Assembly (NCBI GenBank): GCA_964276515.1
Contig: OZ193910.1
Coordinates: forward strand, 1,798,001 to 1,862,000
Length of the DNA: 64,000 bases
Direction: 5' to 3'
From: Gordius albopunctatus
Lineage: Eukaryota
This document shows positions 52,401-64,000 of this stretch, in pieces. The translations under genes were made by a program, and so were the position numbers. How positions within the stretch are numbered: the stretch's first letter is position 1; the number at the start of each line of letters is the position of its first letter. The notes under the pieces were generated by a model, which made no database searches, was not told where the DNA came from, and was given only the letters and a program-made list of their open reading frames with translations.

Positions 52401-55400
52401 AAATCCCCGAAACTGCTATTGACGTCGTTCGAATTAGAATTCGTTTCTTCCGTTGCACAATCATCTTCGTCCATTAGGTTCGTGTCCGTCTTGATAACTA
52501 TGGAAAAACGAATAAAAGTCAAAAAAAAAAACAAAGCAAATAGGGTTGGGTTTTTGACAGTGTTGGAATATTTATGTGACCAGGAAAACGGACTAAAAAA
52601 CCCTTGGTCCATTTATGTTTTATCGACCAAAGCCAAAGGTCGACCTAGCAAAATCCAGCCCTTTTTACAACACTAAGTGTAAGTGTAATCCGAGATGTTC
52701 GCGGGTTTATCTAAATACCAAGTTTTGTTTCCGAGATTAGATGTGTTTAAATTTTTTTCTGGCCCAACTAGGTCCGGTCCAATTTTTAAACTAAATTGCC
52801 CGCCCGAATGCCTTAAAAACTTTTTACCAAAAATTTTGTTACATATACTTGAAAAAATTTAAACTTTTATTCTCGCTTTTTTGTGGATATTTACCCATCA
52901 ACCATTATCGTTTAATTTGATCGCAATATTTTATAGGTATATTTCGTTATTATACACGCCAAATATTTTCTAAACCTAGCGGTATTTATTTAATAAAATG
53001 ATAAAGAGTCTTTGAGGGTTAATTTCATTGATCTCGGTTTAACCCCGCGAATAAGTTTTTTTTCATTAAAACGTGGGTTATTATAAAGAAGTATGAGATA
53101 TATATCAGGAAATTAATTTAAAAAAATCAATCATATCTTCACGTTGTTATCTATTACCTTCGATCGGTTGTTGAGGAGTATGAGTTGGCGAGGGCTGGTG
53201 AGCCTGCACAAAGCAAGATGGCTCCGAAATGCTACTATCCATAGCCCCCAATCGAGCTAGCTGCTCTTTGAAAGCGGGAACATTCCCGTTTAACGCGTAT
53301 GCCGAGCCGGATTCCAACACACCCCCGACCCCCGTGTAACGATCCCGGGTTGAAAAGTATATAGAGATCAAGTCGGTCGCGTCTGAGACGGTCTAAGAGT
53401 TTTGGGAGAGAAAGTAGTGTGGTAAAACGCGGTTGCTTTTTCTTTGGTCGACTAAACCTAAACATGCTAACCTATTAACAGTGCCGTAGATAGCCTTTTT
53501 GCCTTCAATGCAAAAACCCTTATAAATTAAAAAAAATATGTTTTGCCCCCCACCCCAGATACGCCCATGAGTCGAACGGAATTGAAAAGTTTTTCCCTCA
53601 TAAACGTCGGACAAACTTAAAATTCCGCTACTACTTTGTGTATTTTTTCTAATAACATCACGCTGGTATGTGGCTCAGACCCTCATGTTCATAGGGCATA
53701 AAATGAATAAAATGTATTCAGGAATAAAACAAAGTGATGTAGTTGAACAAACAAGATAGAAAATTGCACAGGGTATATAATAAGTTTTGTATAAATGAAT
53801 TGTAATGCCACAAAAAAATCTTTGACATTTTAAAAAATGATACAAATAGTGGAAAAACTATACAATAAAGTTTAATTATAAAATTTTAATTTTACATATA
53901 TGCAATATTGGCAACATTTTCAGGCAGCATTTATATCTGGAAAACAATGAGAATATTTAAAAGCCTTTTTAAAGGTTAGATCCTCAAAAGGGGTAATTAT
54001 AACATAAAATATTAAAAAAATTAATTATGAAATTAAAATTGGTTCGAGAATGAGTATTAAGAAGTTATTGCCCCTGATGATATTCTAGATATATTTCCAC
54101 AACCGCCCGCCCCCAACTGATAAATTTAACGGCTAGATGAACCTTAAAAATATTCTGTCAAAATTTAAAGAATCAGATAATCCAATGGCACACCAAAAGG
54201 AATTTTTTTAGGATTTTTATCCCTTGAAAGTTTTGATGCGTTAACAATTGTCTATAAAAATCAGGAATTTTTTTTATTAATATGGGATATCACTAATGAA
54301 GGGGAAAAAATGGTGTACAAACTATATTTTGGAAAATCATTGGCTTTATATGGGCATGTGGTACATAAAAATATGCAAGATATGTTAAACGATAAGAAGC
54401 ATGTGAGATGGAGAATTAAATTGAAACCAGGATGAAATTTTCGTAAATTTAATAATATTTTAATATATTTTGAAAGTGTTAAACAGTTTAAAACAAGTTT
54501 AAAAGCTCAGATAATTTTTCATTAAATATTAAAATTAGTGTTTTAATAGAAGTATCAATGCATTTAATTTTAAGATAAAGAGTTATAATGTGTTACAAAA
54601 TTTTTTGCCATTTTTATTTCGCCGTCTTCCAGTTTTAATTCATAATGGTTAATTACTTCTGATAAAAGAGATTTATCGCAAAAAAAGTTGATGAAGAGTT
54701 TAAACTTTCTAAAGACTTATATAAATTACATATAATTTCCGAAAATCTTATTTTTATTTCTGCTATTATTCTATCGATGATAGGATAATAAGATAATATA
54801 AATCAATTTTGAAATCAATTAATGAATTAGTAGATTAAAAAGTGTATAAAGTGTCCTAATATTTTGATTTTATACGTTTAAGACGGTAATAATGAAATAT
54901 CAAAATTTGAAGCGAAATCTTTCGCCTTATTATAAAGAATGGAATTATGTCGACTCAATACTTTTTATAAAACTTGCATCCTTTATAGTCTTATACAGCA
55001 TCTTTATGTGCAATAATATAATTTAAAGTTTTATTCAAAAACAAATAATTATAATAAACATATTGTTTCTTTATTAAAATAATATTAAAAAAATTGCTTA
55101 AGGGGCCGCCCAAGATTATCAGCTCGAGTTTTTGCTCTTGGGGGGGGGCACATAGCTACGACACTGCCTATCAATAAAAATTTTCAAATTTGGGGGAAAA
55201 AATAAAGGTTGAAAGTAAAGAAACAACTAAGATTGTATATAAATAGGCGCGTTTTAAATGCTGAAAATGTAGTCAGGTATTATAAGTTACTTGAGAGCCG
55301 GGTTTAGCTAAGTATAGCGCTTTCTTCAAGCAGTGCAACATGTGTTCTTGGAACGTATCTAACCTCTTGTAATAACCCCCATCCAAATACTTCTTTATCA

Positions 55401-58400
55401 ATTCGAGCGTCATCGATCTACTGCATAGAAATGAAAAGATTGAATAAAATATTAAGAATATTACCCATATGGTTAAAAAGAAAGAACATATTTATTTTCT
55501 CCGATTAAATATAATTTCGTGATATATTTAAAACGTTAGGAAGAAAAGTTTCTCCCTGACTATTATTTAAGCCGCCGATATATGTATTATCGAAATTTCT
55601 AATATCAACAATTGAATGCAATCTTCACAAATCAATACATCTTATTTTGTAAATAGCCATAAGAAATGAAAATATTAAAATCCAAATCTCAATTTAAACC
55701 AATTATTAAAGTGATGACTGGATCCTTAAATTAAAATTTAGCACAGAGACATAAAATCATAAAGACGCCATCTTAAAATTAGCAAGTTAGGTACGTAATA
55801 TACCCAGAGAAGTGAGGATGAAAGTATTGAGTTGGTAGCCCGGTCGTTTTTTCCGTCATCACTTGGGCCATATCCTGTATCGAATCGCTGAGGTAGCGTC
55901 CAGCCGGATTCTTATTTTAGCAAACACAGCACAAATAATCAATATTTCCAAAATGAATAATGATTGATTAGAAATGGTAAAACATCCAAAACTTCATATT
56001 TTCACTATATAGTCTGAATCTGTTGCTTGCTTGTCCTTGTCCTGTACAATTTTTAATTTTTTCATAATTGTGATTTTTCCACGACGAAGGCGGAGCGTTC
56101 AAAAGTGACGACGACTCTTACGCGCCGGTCGGCTTAAATTTTCTCGACCTCGCCCAAATTTCATTTTTGTTTTTAGGCCCGGCCCGACTGATTACCTTTA
56201 TTTACAAAATTTCTTTTGCCAACTGTCTAGGTTGCTGCCTTATAACGGATAATTAACAAAGCGCTTAAATAATTCCCCGCAAATTAACGTTCACCGTTGC
56301 TGCTTACATCATATTCATCTGACTCTAGCCCGATCCCAAAATCCTTGTTAATCGCTGTTATTTTTTCCTGCTTATAATTATAAGGTGCTAAAGATGCGCT
56401 ACACTAATGTGCCCCCAGGTTTATTTAAGAAAACATGATTTTAAATACATCATAGACCGTGGGGTTTATAAAGGGGGAAGGGGATAAAACAGCAAAATAA
56501 TTTCATCACTTAAATCAACCATGCTTAGCGCGTTAACAGCAGGAAAGGAAAGCTTATAAGAGCCACAGAGATGAGAATCATACGGTGGAGCTTGGCGTAA
56601 ACTAAGCTCGACCATATGACGAATGACTTTCTTTTGACAAAAATGAATATTGAACCTTAGAATTCTAGTCGTAGCTTGCGTTAAAATAACACGATTGAAC
56701 AAACTGAATCAACGGATTAACCGTTTGAAAATTTTGGTAGAGTTTTTTGCGGTGAACATGGATATTTTTTTATGTTTTCCCTGTACGTCAAGTTTTGGAA
56801 ATATTTGGCGTGAAAGTTGCTAAAAATAGCGATTTTGACGTTTTTCAAAATAAACTAACAAATTTATCGATAAAATTTTTATTTAATAAATTTTATCATA
56901 TCGTAAAATCAAATGCAAAAATTTTTTTTTGTCGTTAGAAAAATTAATTCAAATCATTATGTACAATATTTTAGGCCTTCAAAGCAAATTTACCCTAACT
57001 ACAAATCCACCGAGATATAACATTGAATGCCCGAAATAAAACGGGAAATCATTGAAAACGTCAACAATTTTAAAGTTATATTAGTTTAAAAATTTGCTAG
57101 CGCACTTTTATCATGGTAGCAACACTATATGACATTCGGACTAGCGCCTAGTTCTCGGTTACTGTGCTCACAAAAATCGTCCAAACTCCGTATATATAAC
57201 CACAGCAGATTTGCTATGCAATTTAAGGGAAATAAAGTCTTTTGCGAAAGCATACGTTGTTTCCATAGCATTTCAAAAAAAACTAAAATTTGGACATGAC
57301 GGACAACCAAGAGTGAGCCCATAAATTGCATAGCAATCCAATGATTAAGTAAGGGGGAAAACCGTATAGTTGACGATGGAAACGTAAATGCTGGTTAGTA
57401 TGGTATGAACTCGCAATTGAACATCGGGCTTGCCCAGCATTTCCTCACACAATTCCGTCTTCCTCTCCAGCAACAATTTGTACAACTGCAGGGCATCCTA
57501 AAAATATGAGAATTACATACACGATAGAAAAAAGAAGAATTCTAAATTAAAATTTCCAAATGGTTTTCTTACAGAAATTTACACCGGGTTTTTATGGGTT
57601 TTATAATTTATTCGCACCAAATTTATTTATCGTATAAATCGGGATAAACAATAATCACTATTATTTAATTCTATTTATCAACATCTTTACGAAATAATAT
57701 AATTTATATATATGCAACAAAGAGGCCAGTCCTAGAGGGAAATCATATATTAGATATTAAGAAACTAGAATAAACCTATTTAAAAAATGTTTTAAAAAAA
57801 TTACTTTTAAACCATTTTTACAATTAAATAGTTTAAATTTACGCTTCACAGACTATTTCTTCTCCTATGAATCAATCGATATCGTTGCGAGTTAAGCTTA
57901 GTGTTGTAAAAACGGCTGGAACTCAGCCCAGTCGTTTTTACAACACTAGTTTAGCCAACATACCTTGTATAAAACGCTCTCGGGATCATTGTATTTTAAA
58001 GCGTTGGCCAGCATAAGCTTGAGATCGGAGAAAAAATCTTCGGGCACGCCGTACCTTCCCGCCATGATACGAGCATTTATCGTGTTTAAATCCATGGGTT
58101 TTTTAACTACGTCGTAATAATCCGGGTATTCCTGAAGCAAAATATAAGTTTATAACCAAGGGCGTAGCCGGGGGGGGGGGGGGCAGGAGGGGCGGCTGCC
58201 CCCTCTAAATCCAATAATTTGTTGAAATTTATTAAAATAATGGGGCTAAAATTTGTAGAAAGGATCATTTTGCCCCTCCCTAAATCATTATTGCCCCCCC
58301 TCTAATTCCGATGCTGGCTACGACCATGTTTGTATATACAATCAAAACCGTTTAATTGCAAAGCCTTGGGCTTGAAACTTTTTTCGCGATTAAACGATGG

Positions 58401-61400
58401 GGAAACAAAGTATATACGTACATTATATTAAATATTCATTTCTTACGCTTAGCATAAAACGATATTTTATATAATTATCTGGTTGATTTAAGGATTCGAA
58501 AATGTTTGTGAATATCCGATATTGTACTATTAAGCGATTTGTCAATAAACGATGTTTTTGTTGATATTATCGTTTGAAAAAAAACAAAATGGCGGTTAAC
58601 TTCGCGATTAAAAGATTTTTGCGATAATGCGATTAAGAAGTTTCGACTGTATATTTAACTCAAAATTTTGAGGAAATATTAATTTGTTCAAATGGCTAAA
58701 TTTGCTATTGGGCGGGATGTACTGATTTCACTCTTTTTGTCAAATATTCAAAATGAACAGTGGACTTTATTCCTAAAAATTTCTATATATTAAAAAGGTT
58801 AATAAAAAACATTTGCTTTATATGGTCAAATAAGTGAAAAACGATCATAAAACCTATTTAGATCCTCGTAAGTCTAACAACTAAAAAGTGTGTATCTTCT
58901 TCAAATTCTGGCACAGGATGAGCTAATAGACGTTAAAAACAATTATGTTCAGCCTTGTTAAAGAATGAAGTTAATATAAAATTTTCTGCAACATTTTTAA
59001 GCTCAAAAAGAAAATTTTCAGGCAGAAGAACATTCAATGGCAAACCAAAAGCTAAAGTTCACCAATTTTGAGGGTAACTTTACGAAAGGAGCAGAAATTC
59101 GACGGGGTATAGCGTTGTTGACGTCTGCGAAATTCAAAAATTCTTCGTAGATTTTAACCAGTCTCGACTTGAGAATTCTATGATAAAATTTTGTTTTTTA
59201 ATGATTTGATAAGTATGCTATGAATTGTTCTAACTTATTTATGCCCAAACTATGTTTCCGACTATTTTCATTTCTAATTTTCAAAACACACAGATGCCGA
59301 ATGATAAAAAGTTCAAAAAATTGCGTATCGAACACCACCGAAACGTAGGGAGGAATTAGACGATTGCAACACAACAACAATTGATGATAGACTAACGAAC
59401 AGCTTATTTTTGCATTGTGATTTATTAAGCAACTTGGGGGGCCATCTTGAATGAGATTTAGTGGAAGTACATCAAATATGGCCGCCTACATCCTTGCTTA
59501 ATGGAGGGGGAAGTGTTTTACTTGGTTACGAAGGTATGCGCTTTTAGCTTGTCCATCAGGATGGCCTGTAATTTTTGGGCAGCTTTGTAGCCTTCGGACG
59601 TTGGAACGAAAAGGAGTTGTTTGAAATCTTCGAAAACTTTGTACAGATCGCCCAGCAAAAATTCCAAATTCGTGTACTAATAATTAACAATTGAAATGAT
59701 TTATTTATCGTTTAAAATCATGTTTTAATCGTCTTGAAATAAGTAGTTGTGCTGAGATAAAAGGAATAATTGCTCAGTTTTTCTCTATAAGGTTTCCTAC
59801 ATAGGCGAGATAAAGGATGAAAACAGTGTAATAATATTAACGTTAGCCCTATTATGACCGAAAATTCAATGATTTCTTAAAAACTTTTTAAATACAATCC
59901 TAGTTTGCGATGGATTCATTTTGTTTCAAAAAATATTACAAAACCCGTTAGTATTATGTTAAATTTCCTCTCTAAAAATGAGATTGCTCCAATTTTGTCA
60001 CACCACTCTGACCCAGAAAGGGAGGTGATAATAACCAAAATATCGAAAAAAACTGAGCAACGAACCTTGCCATCTTTCAGGCCCCTCTCTACGTCAGTCA
60101 GATCCAAGGCACGAGATCCTTTTTCCAGCAAAACGGCGTAAAAATTTGGATATTCCACTGGGTTGGGTTTGCTCAAAAAATGATGGGCCATTATGTGGTC
60201 TTTGTCGTCCTGTAAAAAACCAATAAATTAAAATTTGGAAATGACGAGACAATACGAGGCATACATTTATCCTAGCGAGATAAGGCGCACAAATTTCACG
60301 GCAACTTGCGAATTTAAAAAAATTTACCTTATATTCTAGTATATCGTCGAAAGCGGCAAACAATTTTTCTTGGGCCTGGGCGTACGTATATTCTGATTCT
60401 TCCTCTGTGTCCCCATAATACCGCGATGCATGCGATTTATAAGGCGTAGAAGCTGCATAGCTAGACCCAGGATTTCTCTGTTTATTAAAAACACAATAAA
60501 AAATGGTAGCAAAAAACGCTTTTTTATAAAATAAAAAACTTTTTCACGTTGCAATAGTTAAAAATGCATTTTGCACTGTAAAAATCTTAATTAATAATAT
60601 AAATACTTGATTAATCTAACCGTTCAAAAAAGATTATTTAGAAAATTTCATAGTTATTTCTTTAATAATTATTTCCCGTGTCATGGCAAAATTACAATTT
60701 CGCCATAAAATAATTAAGATAAGCTAAAAAATATTAACAATAAATTGCAAATTCCTTTGTAAACGAGAAAGACAAACTTGTGAGGGAACATGTTTTACTA
60801 ACATAACTACATGTTTAAAAATCCACAGAAAAAAGATCAGTTTGTTCAGATATTTCTAAAAAAATTTCTCTAGTATTATTGTAGAAAACTAAACCTGGAA
60901 TAGCCACGAAATGCAAAAAAACCCTTTAAACAGCATTAAAAAACAAATTCAAATTCATAAACAATAAGAGGGGATCTAATGGTTGGGTTTTGATTGGTTA
61001 GTTGACTAAGAAAAACAGACCAATAGGCTTAGTCGAAATTTGAAAAGCAGACCAGAGTCAGCAGTTTGTCTTTTTTGAACCAAAGGTCTACCAAAAGAAA
61101 TTCAGCCATTTTACGTCACTAAAGTACATTTTTCGAAGTTTTAACTTTCGATCAATACTGGTCATTAATTTATTTTATCGACAATTATATAAATATTACA
61201 ATTTTTAAAACATCCAAACATAAGAAATTCAAGCTAAATAACGATACCTTAACGGTGAAATCAATTGATGCCAATTCCTTGACTTTAATCTTGAGGTAAT
61301 CTTTCAGGAAAACGGCGCTCTAAAACATACGAGAATATAACTAGTATAATTTTAAAAGGAAGAATTATAGTGTCTAAAAAATTAAAATATTTCAAAAAAA

Positions 61401-64000
61401 TATCTTATAATATGAGATATGATCATGAATGAATTTCTGCTTTTCAAATTTCCACTAAGCCCTGAGGTCTGACTAGACTAAAATCAAAGGTAGACAAAGC
61501 GAACCTCAACCGTATTTACAAAGCTGCACATAAGCCATCGCAAAAATATAGTCACAAACATTTTTTAAAAACATCCATTTAAAAACTTGAAAAATATTGC
61601 ATCTGTTTTGCCATTTCTTTGTGTCAAATATAAATTTCTACATCTTATATATCTGAAACAAATAAAGATGTTTACCTAATTTTTTTGATGGAGACTAAAG
61701 TTTTATAATCGCATAAAATTCAAAATACTGCAATGGTCTATGGGGTTTGACAAAATGGTCGCGATAGAGTGAAACGAAATCACTTAATAAATTTAAAAAT
61801 TTTTTAACATAAATCAAAATTACATAAAAAAGACTAACACCCGGCAAACTCTAAATTAAAAAAAAAATCTCAAAATTTTGGGCCCAAGAAGGTCGCAATA
61901 CAAAAATCTTTTATTTAAAGATTTGTAGAAAACCATAACCCTTTATTTCCAAAAAAATTAAAATTTAACGTGGTTATTATAGGGTCCGTGTTGAGATTGT
62001 CCCGAAAATTTTTAAGTTTTAATACGAAAAAAAAAGAAAAATCGAGGTTAAAAATGCAAAATAAATTGGTAAAACCTTGTGTATTTGGCTGTCGGGTATG
62101 TTGTACGCGATTGCATTGTCAAACATCAAATTAAGATCGTCCACCAGCTCATCTATGGAAGCGTATAGATTTTTCTGCCGTTATAAAGAGTAAAAAAAAT
62201 AGTTTTAAAAAGTTGTAAAAAGCAATCTATAACGCATTGTTAAATGAGAAATAAAGTAAAATAAAAAAATTAGCAATTTATATTTAATTTATATGGTAAA
62301 AAATATGTTTAAACGATGTTTTTGTGAGGGAAATAGTTTCGGGTGTTATATCAGAAACAGCTAGCGAAATTTCAAATAATTTTATAGCTGTCCCAAAATT
62401 CTCTGTGTTTCATAAAAACCATATATACCCGGGAAATTTGAAAAATAAAAAAATTAAATAATAAAAACAGAAAAATTTTTAAATTTCTTTTTAAATTCAA
62501 TTCCGTTGCTGAGGCCTATACATTCAAAAAAACCTATTTTCAAAGCCTTGATGATAGTTAGGGATAACTATTTCTGAAAATTAATAATTAGGGAGTAAAT
62601 ATACTAATCTATTGCGTTTTAATTTAATCGATTTAAACTTTTGAAATAATTTAGCATTAAAAATATTAACTAAAATCTCAACTTGATTAATAAAGTTAAT
62701 GATAGCTCTAAGTATTTTAACGTAAACAAGCCTCCACTCTCCCGACAACTCACATTGTTTCTTGATAAATTGCTGACTTTCTTCAAAGTCCAGACGCGAG
62801 CACGCACACTGACTTGCTTAATATGCGCACTAGGCAGAGCAGTAGCATATAAAAATGCTCGAGGACCGAGCAGAAACTAGGGCAGATGGTAGCTGGAGTT
62901 GAAGCAAGTTAGAAATTTGACAACTCTAGTCGCGGGCGTGGCCAGGATTAGAATTAGAGGGGGGAGGGGGAGCGATAATGATTTAGGGAGGGTCAAGGAT
63001 TTTTGAATTTAGAGGGGGGGGAGCCGCCCCTTCCGGTCACCCCTTGGCTACGCCCATGTAGATGCTACCTTTATTTTTAGTTTGATCTGGGTTAGGGCGA
63101 TGGGCCTAGCTATTTCTTCGTAATAATCTTTGTAGTGATAAGAAGAGGGTAGTCTGAGGAAAGGGTCCGAGAGGTAATTCCCATCCTTGGGGTTTTTGTA
63201 TTCTCGGATGCTGGCGAAGAGATAAGCGTAAGGGTCGTCGTCACTTTTGAACGCTCCTCCTTCGTCGTGGAAAGTGGCGATCTCTTGGCCAGCAGCATTT
63301 TTCCAAGTGTTATGCCCGTCTCGGCGCGCATTCTAAAAAGCAAAAAAAAACAGAAAAAAGTCAATTTCCTGGTATTTGTGCAACATATTGGTCGTCGTTT
63401 TGAAACGACACGACAAAAAATGTCGATCAAATGAGGCTAAGCGGTATGGCAGAGGGAGTAAGATTAAGAGAAATTAAGTAATACAAGGAATCTTATCTTT
63501 GTATAGGCTACATTGGATATTATCTAAAGTGTCCAAATAAAAATTTAGCAATTTACAGACAAGCCCAAGCCTTAAATGTTATTTAGTAAAAGCTTAACAT
63601 ATCTTGTAGTAAATGTTTGCCAGTTAAAGCTCGTGTACTAATATAAAACATAGATGCAAGGAAAAAATATTTTAAAAAATAAAATAAATATCTTAATCCC
63701 AATTCAATAAATAAGATGTAATTAATCAAAAATTTTGTGAGTTTTATAAATTATTTTACAGGTATTTATTTTGCAATTTTATTTTAATTTCACCTGGTCT
63801 GAAATGTAATCTTCTTCAGCAAGCAGAGAAGAATTAGCATTTGAAGATCTTGTCCTTTTCAAATTAAATATATACAAAAATTAATTTAATTTAAATAGAA
63901 TTTTAAAAGCAAAGATCTATTTTATATATAAATTTATGTTTAAAATATTGCTGAGTTGATTTTAAAGTCTTAAACTTTATATTTAATCAATGCTGTTTAA
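34434..64000 (-). CDS. PBRM1: Polybromo-1 (PBAF subunit), partial: bromodomains 3-6, two BAH domains, HMG box, C2H2-like fingers; 5' part lies beyond the window
   Basis: Exons read DPFLRLPSSYHYKDYYEEIARPIAL (63068-63332), DLNLMFDNAIAYN, EYPDYYDVVKKPMDL..NALKYNDPES (57964-58132), YYKRLDTFQEHM, BAH WVQGCWFYRPYET and DIYVCEARY, HMG PSGYIVFSGERR..KVIGNEWKKL, and C-terminal YIERL..LKDQLFADAL. Confidence 0.93.
44765..47858 (+). mobile_element. Full-length RTE-clade non-LTR retrotransposon in a PBRM1 intron (antisense to host)
   Basis: 14-bp TSD accctattagtata at 44751-44764 and 47859-47872; (AAG)n 3' tail; single long ORF. Confidence 0.95.
44857..47844 (+). CDS. RTE ORF: apurinic endonuclease plus reverse transcriptase (995 aa)
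   Basis: APE motifs SWNVGTL, LQETRW, GADFNGHVG, QVDYIL, QHRPV; RT motifs FIDLEKAYD, GLHQGSALSP, YADD, FTYLGS; C-terminal RLRWYGHV..RGRGRP. Confidence 0.96.
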   Translation: MAASNTNLYQNARASSPNDAHCIIHPCNVKSIQGSPPHSQRRRLRNLVVERTRVASWNVGTLTGKSIEVAQMLKRRRIHIACLQETRWHGTKARELGDGYKLYYSGSPSRKNGVGIVLSDSFKDKVVEVKRCSDRLMCIKLADQGGLVNVICAYSPQVGCSENEKYEFYEKLEEEIRYVKPDENLIIGADFNGHVGKERGVYERNHGGHGYGVKNKEGEKLLQMAQAYDMAIVNTFFQKRTEHLATYSSGNHLTQVDYILVKRINLWQVKDCKVIPGEEIAKQHRPVVLDIARKIFPVRRKVYTPRTKYEKLKDDHANEMFHTRATPLLKVAGLEGDINKRWGTVANVLKETALQILGRTKGGRAHKRELWWWNDSVKEVIEEKKALYLRWYKTKKGEDYEAYREAKRKAKIAVAIAKNNAYTEMANKLDTKGGDIVMYKLAKIREKKSQDVGTLKVIKSEEGRTLCKPKEVIKRWKDYFQNMMNKTNDRRPLERVEPNSNLVLPFQAYEIGAQLTKMRKGKALGPDDLPIEAWLGCKGEGIDIMTGLFNAMLYESRIPDQWRESTIIPIYKGKGDAQECGNFRGIKLTCHSLKLLERVLVKRLNDEVCLSPNQFGFVAGKSTMDPIFALKQTMEKYGDIRKKLHMVFIDLEKAYDTVPRDLIWWSLRARNIPEGYVRLIKEMYNGAVASVRTTVGVTKPFRIMIGLHQGSALSPFLFNLIMDTITKDLHKPAPWTMLYADDIVLCDETREGVFHQAKKWSERFSEFGLKVSEKKTVYMQTMGGTPQMHKIEGPRYTEVDKFTYLGSLLHQEGGCTAEVHSRIKKAWLKWRSISGVMCDKKIPIWLKSKAYKTIVRPVLLYGSETWAVTSAEEKLLQVTEMRMVRWSLGYTKLDRMTNESLMTKMGIQATKDFLRENRLRWYGHVLRRDEDDVTRRTLEMDVPGRRGRGRPRATWKRLVEKDMDAKQMEIGMAFTRLRWKRLLKTYPTSVGFSTR
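47875..48848 (-). mobile_element. Non-autonomous Helitron-like element with nested MITE fragments
   Basis: Minus strand starts TC(tatatatataaag) beside a CA/TA microsatellite and ends CTAG, with a subterminal hairpin (ggcaaacgttgttttgcc); no TSD. Confidence 0.6.
50012..50353. mobile_element. MITE with GGGCT(T/C)GTCTT termini (PIF/Harbinger-like)
   Basis: gggcttgtcttaatatcggatt ... aatccgatatgaagacgagccc; flanks tca/tta. Confidence 0.6.
58337..58651. mobile_element. Tc1/mariner-pogo-like MITE
   Basis: Imperfect TIRs tacaatcaaaaccgtttaattgca / tgcgattaagaagtttcgactgta with TA ends. Confidence 0.5.

Noticed and set aside
63110..63430. 106-aa ORF from the track
   Set aside because: Wrong frame; the bromodomain exon 63068-63332 reads in another frame without stops.

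Overview
AT-rich invertebrate animal nuclear DNA with one 200-N gap; the organism cannot be assigned from sequence alone. Five host genes are supported: a C2H2 zinc-finger gene (+, ~2274-7102), intronless PEN-2 (+), NAA35/MAK10 (-), HBS1L (+) and a long polybromo/PBRM1 gene (-, runs off the right end). Mobile DNA includes an ~8.9-kb palindrome of two tail-to-tail FLYWCH-MULE transposase genes flanked by 145-bp tandem arrays, an intact RTE LINE with a 14-bp TSD, a Helitron-like element and many MITEs. Most unusual signal: the zinc-finger gene's large coding exon contains a chain of six stop codons (5153-5430). Skipping the T of each stop (+1) gives a coherent Asn/Ser/Pro-rich peptide and returns to the zinc-finger frame. 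This resembles euplotid stop-triggered +1 frameshifting or U-deletion in an animal nuclear gene; an ordinary intron is the main alternative. Also notable is a 48-nt inverted copy of a PBRM1 exon segment inside a downstream PBRM1 intron.
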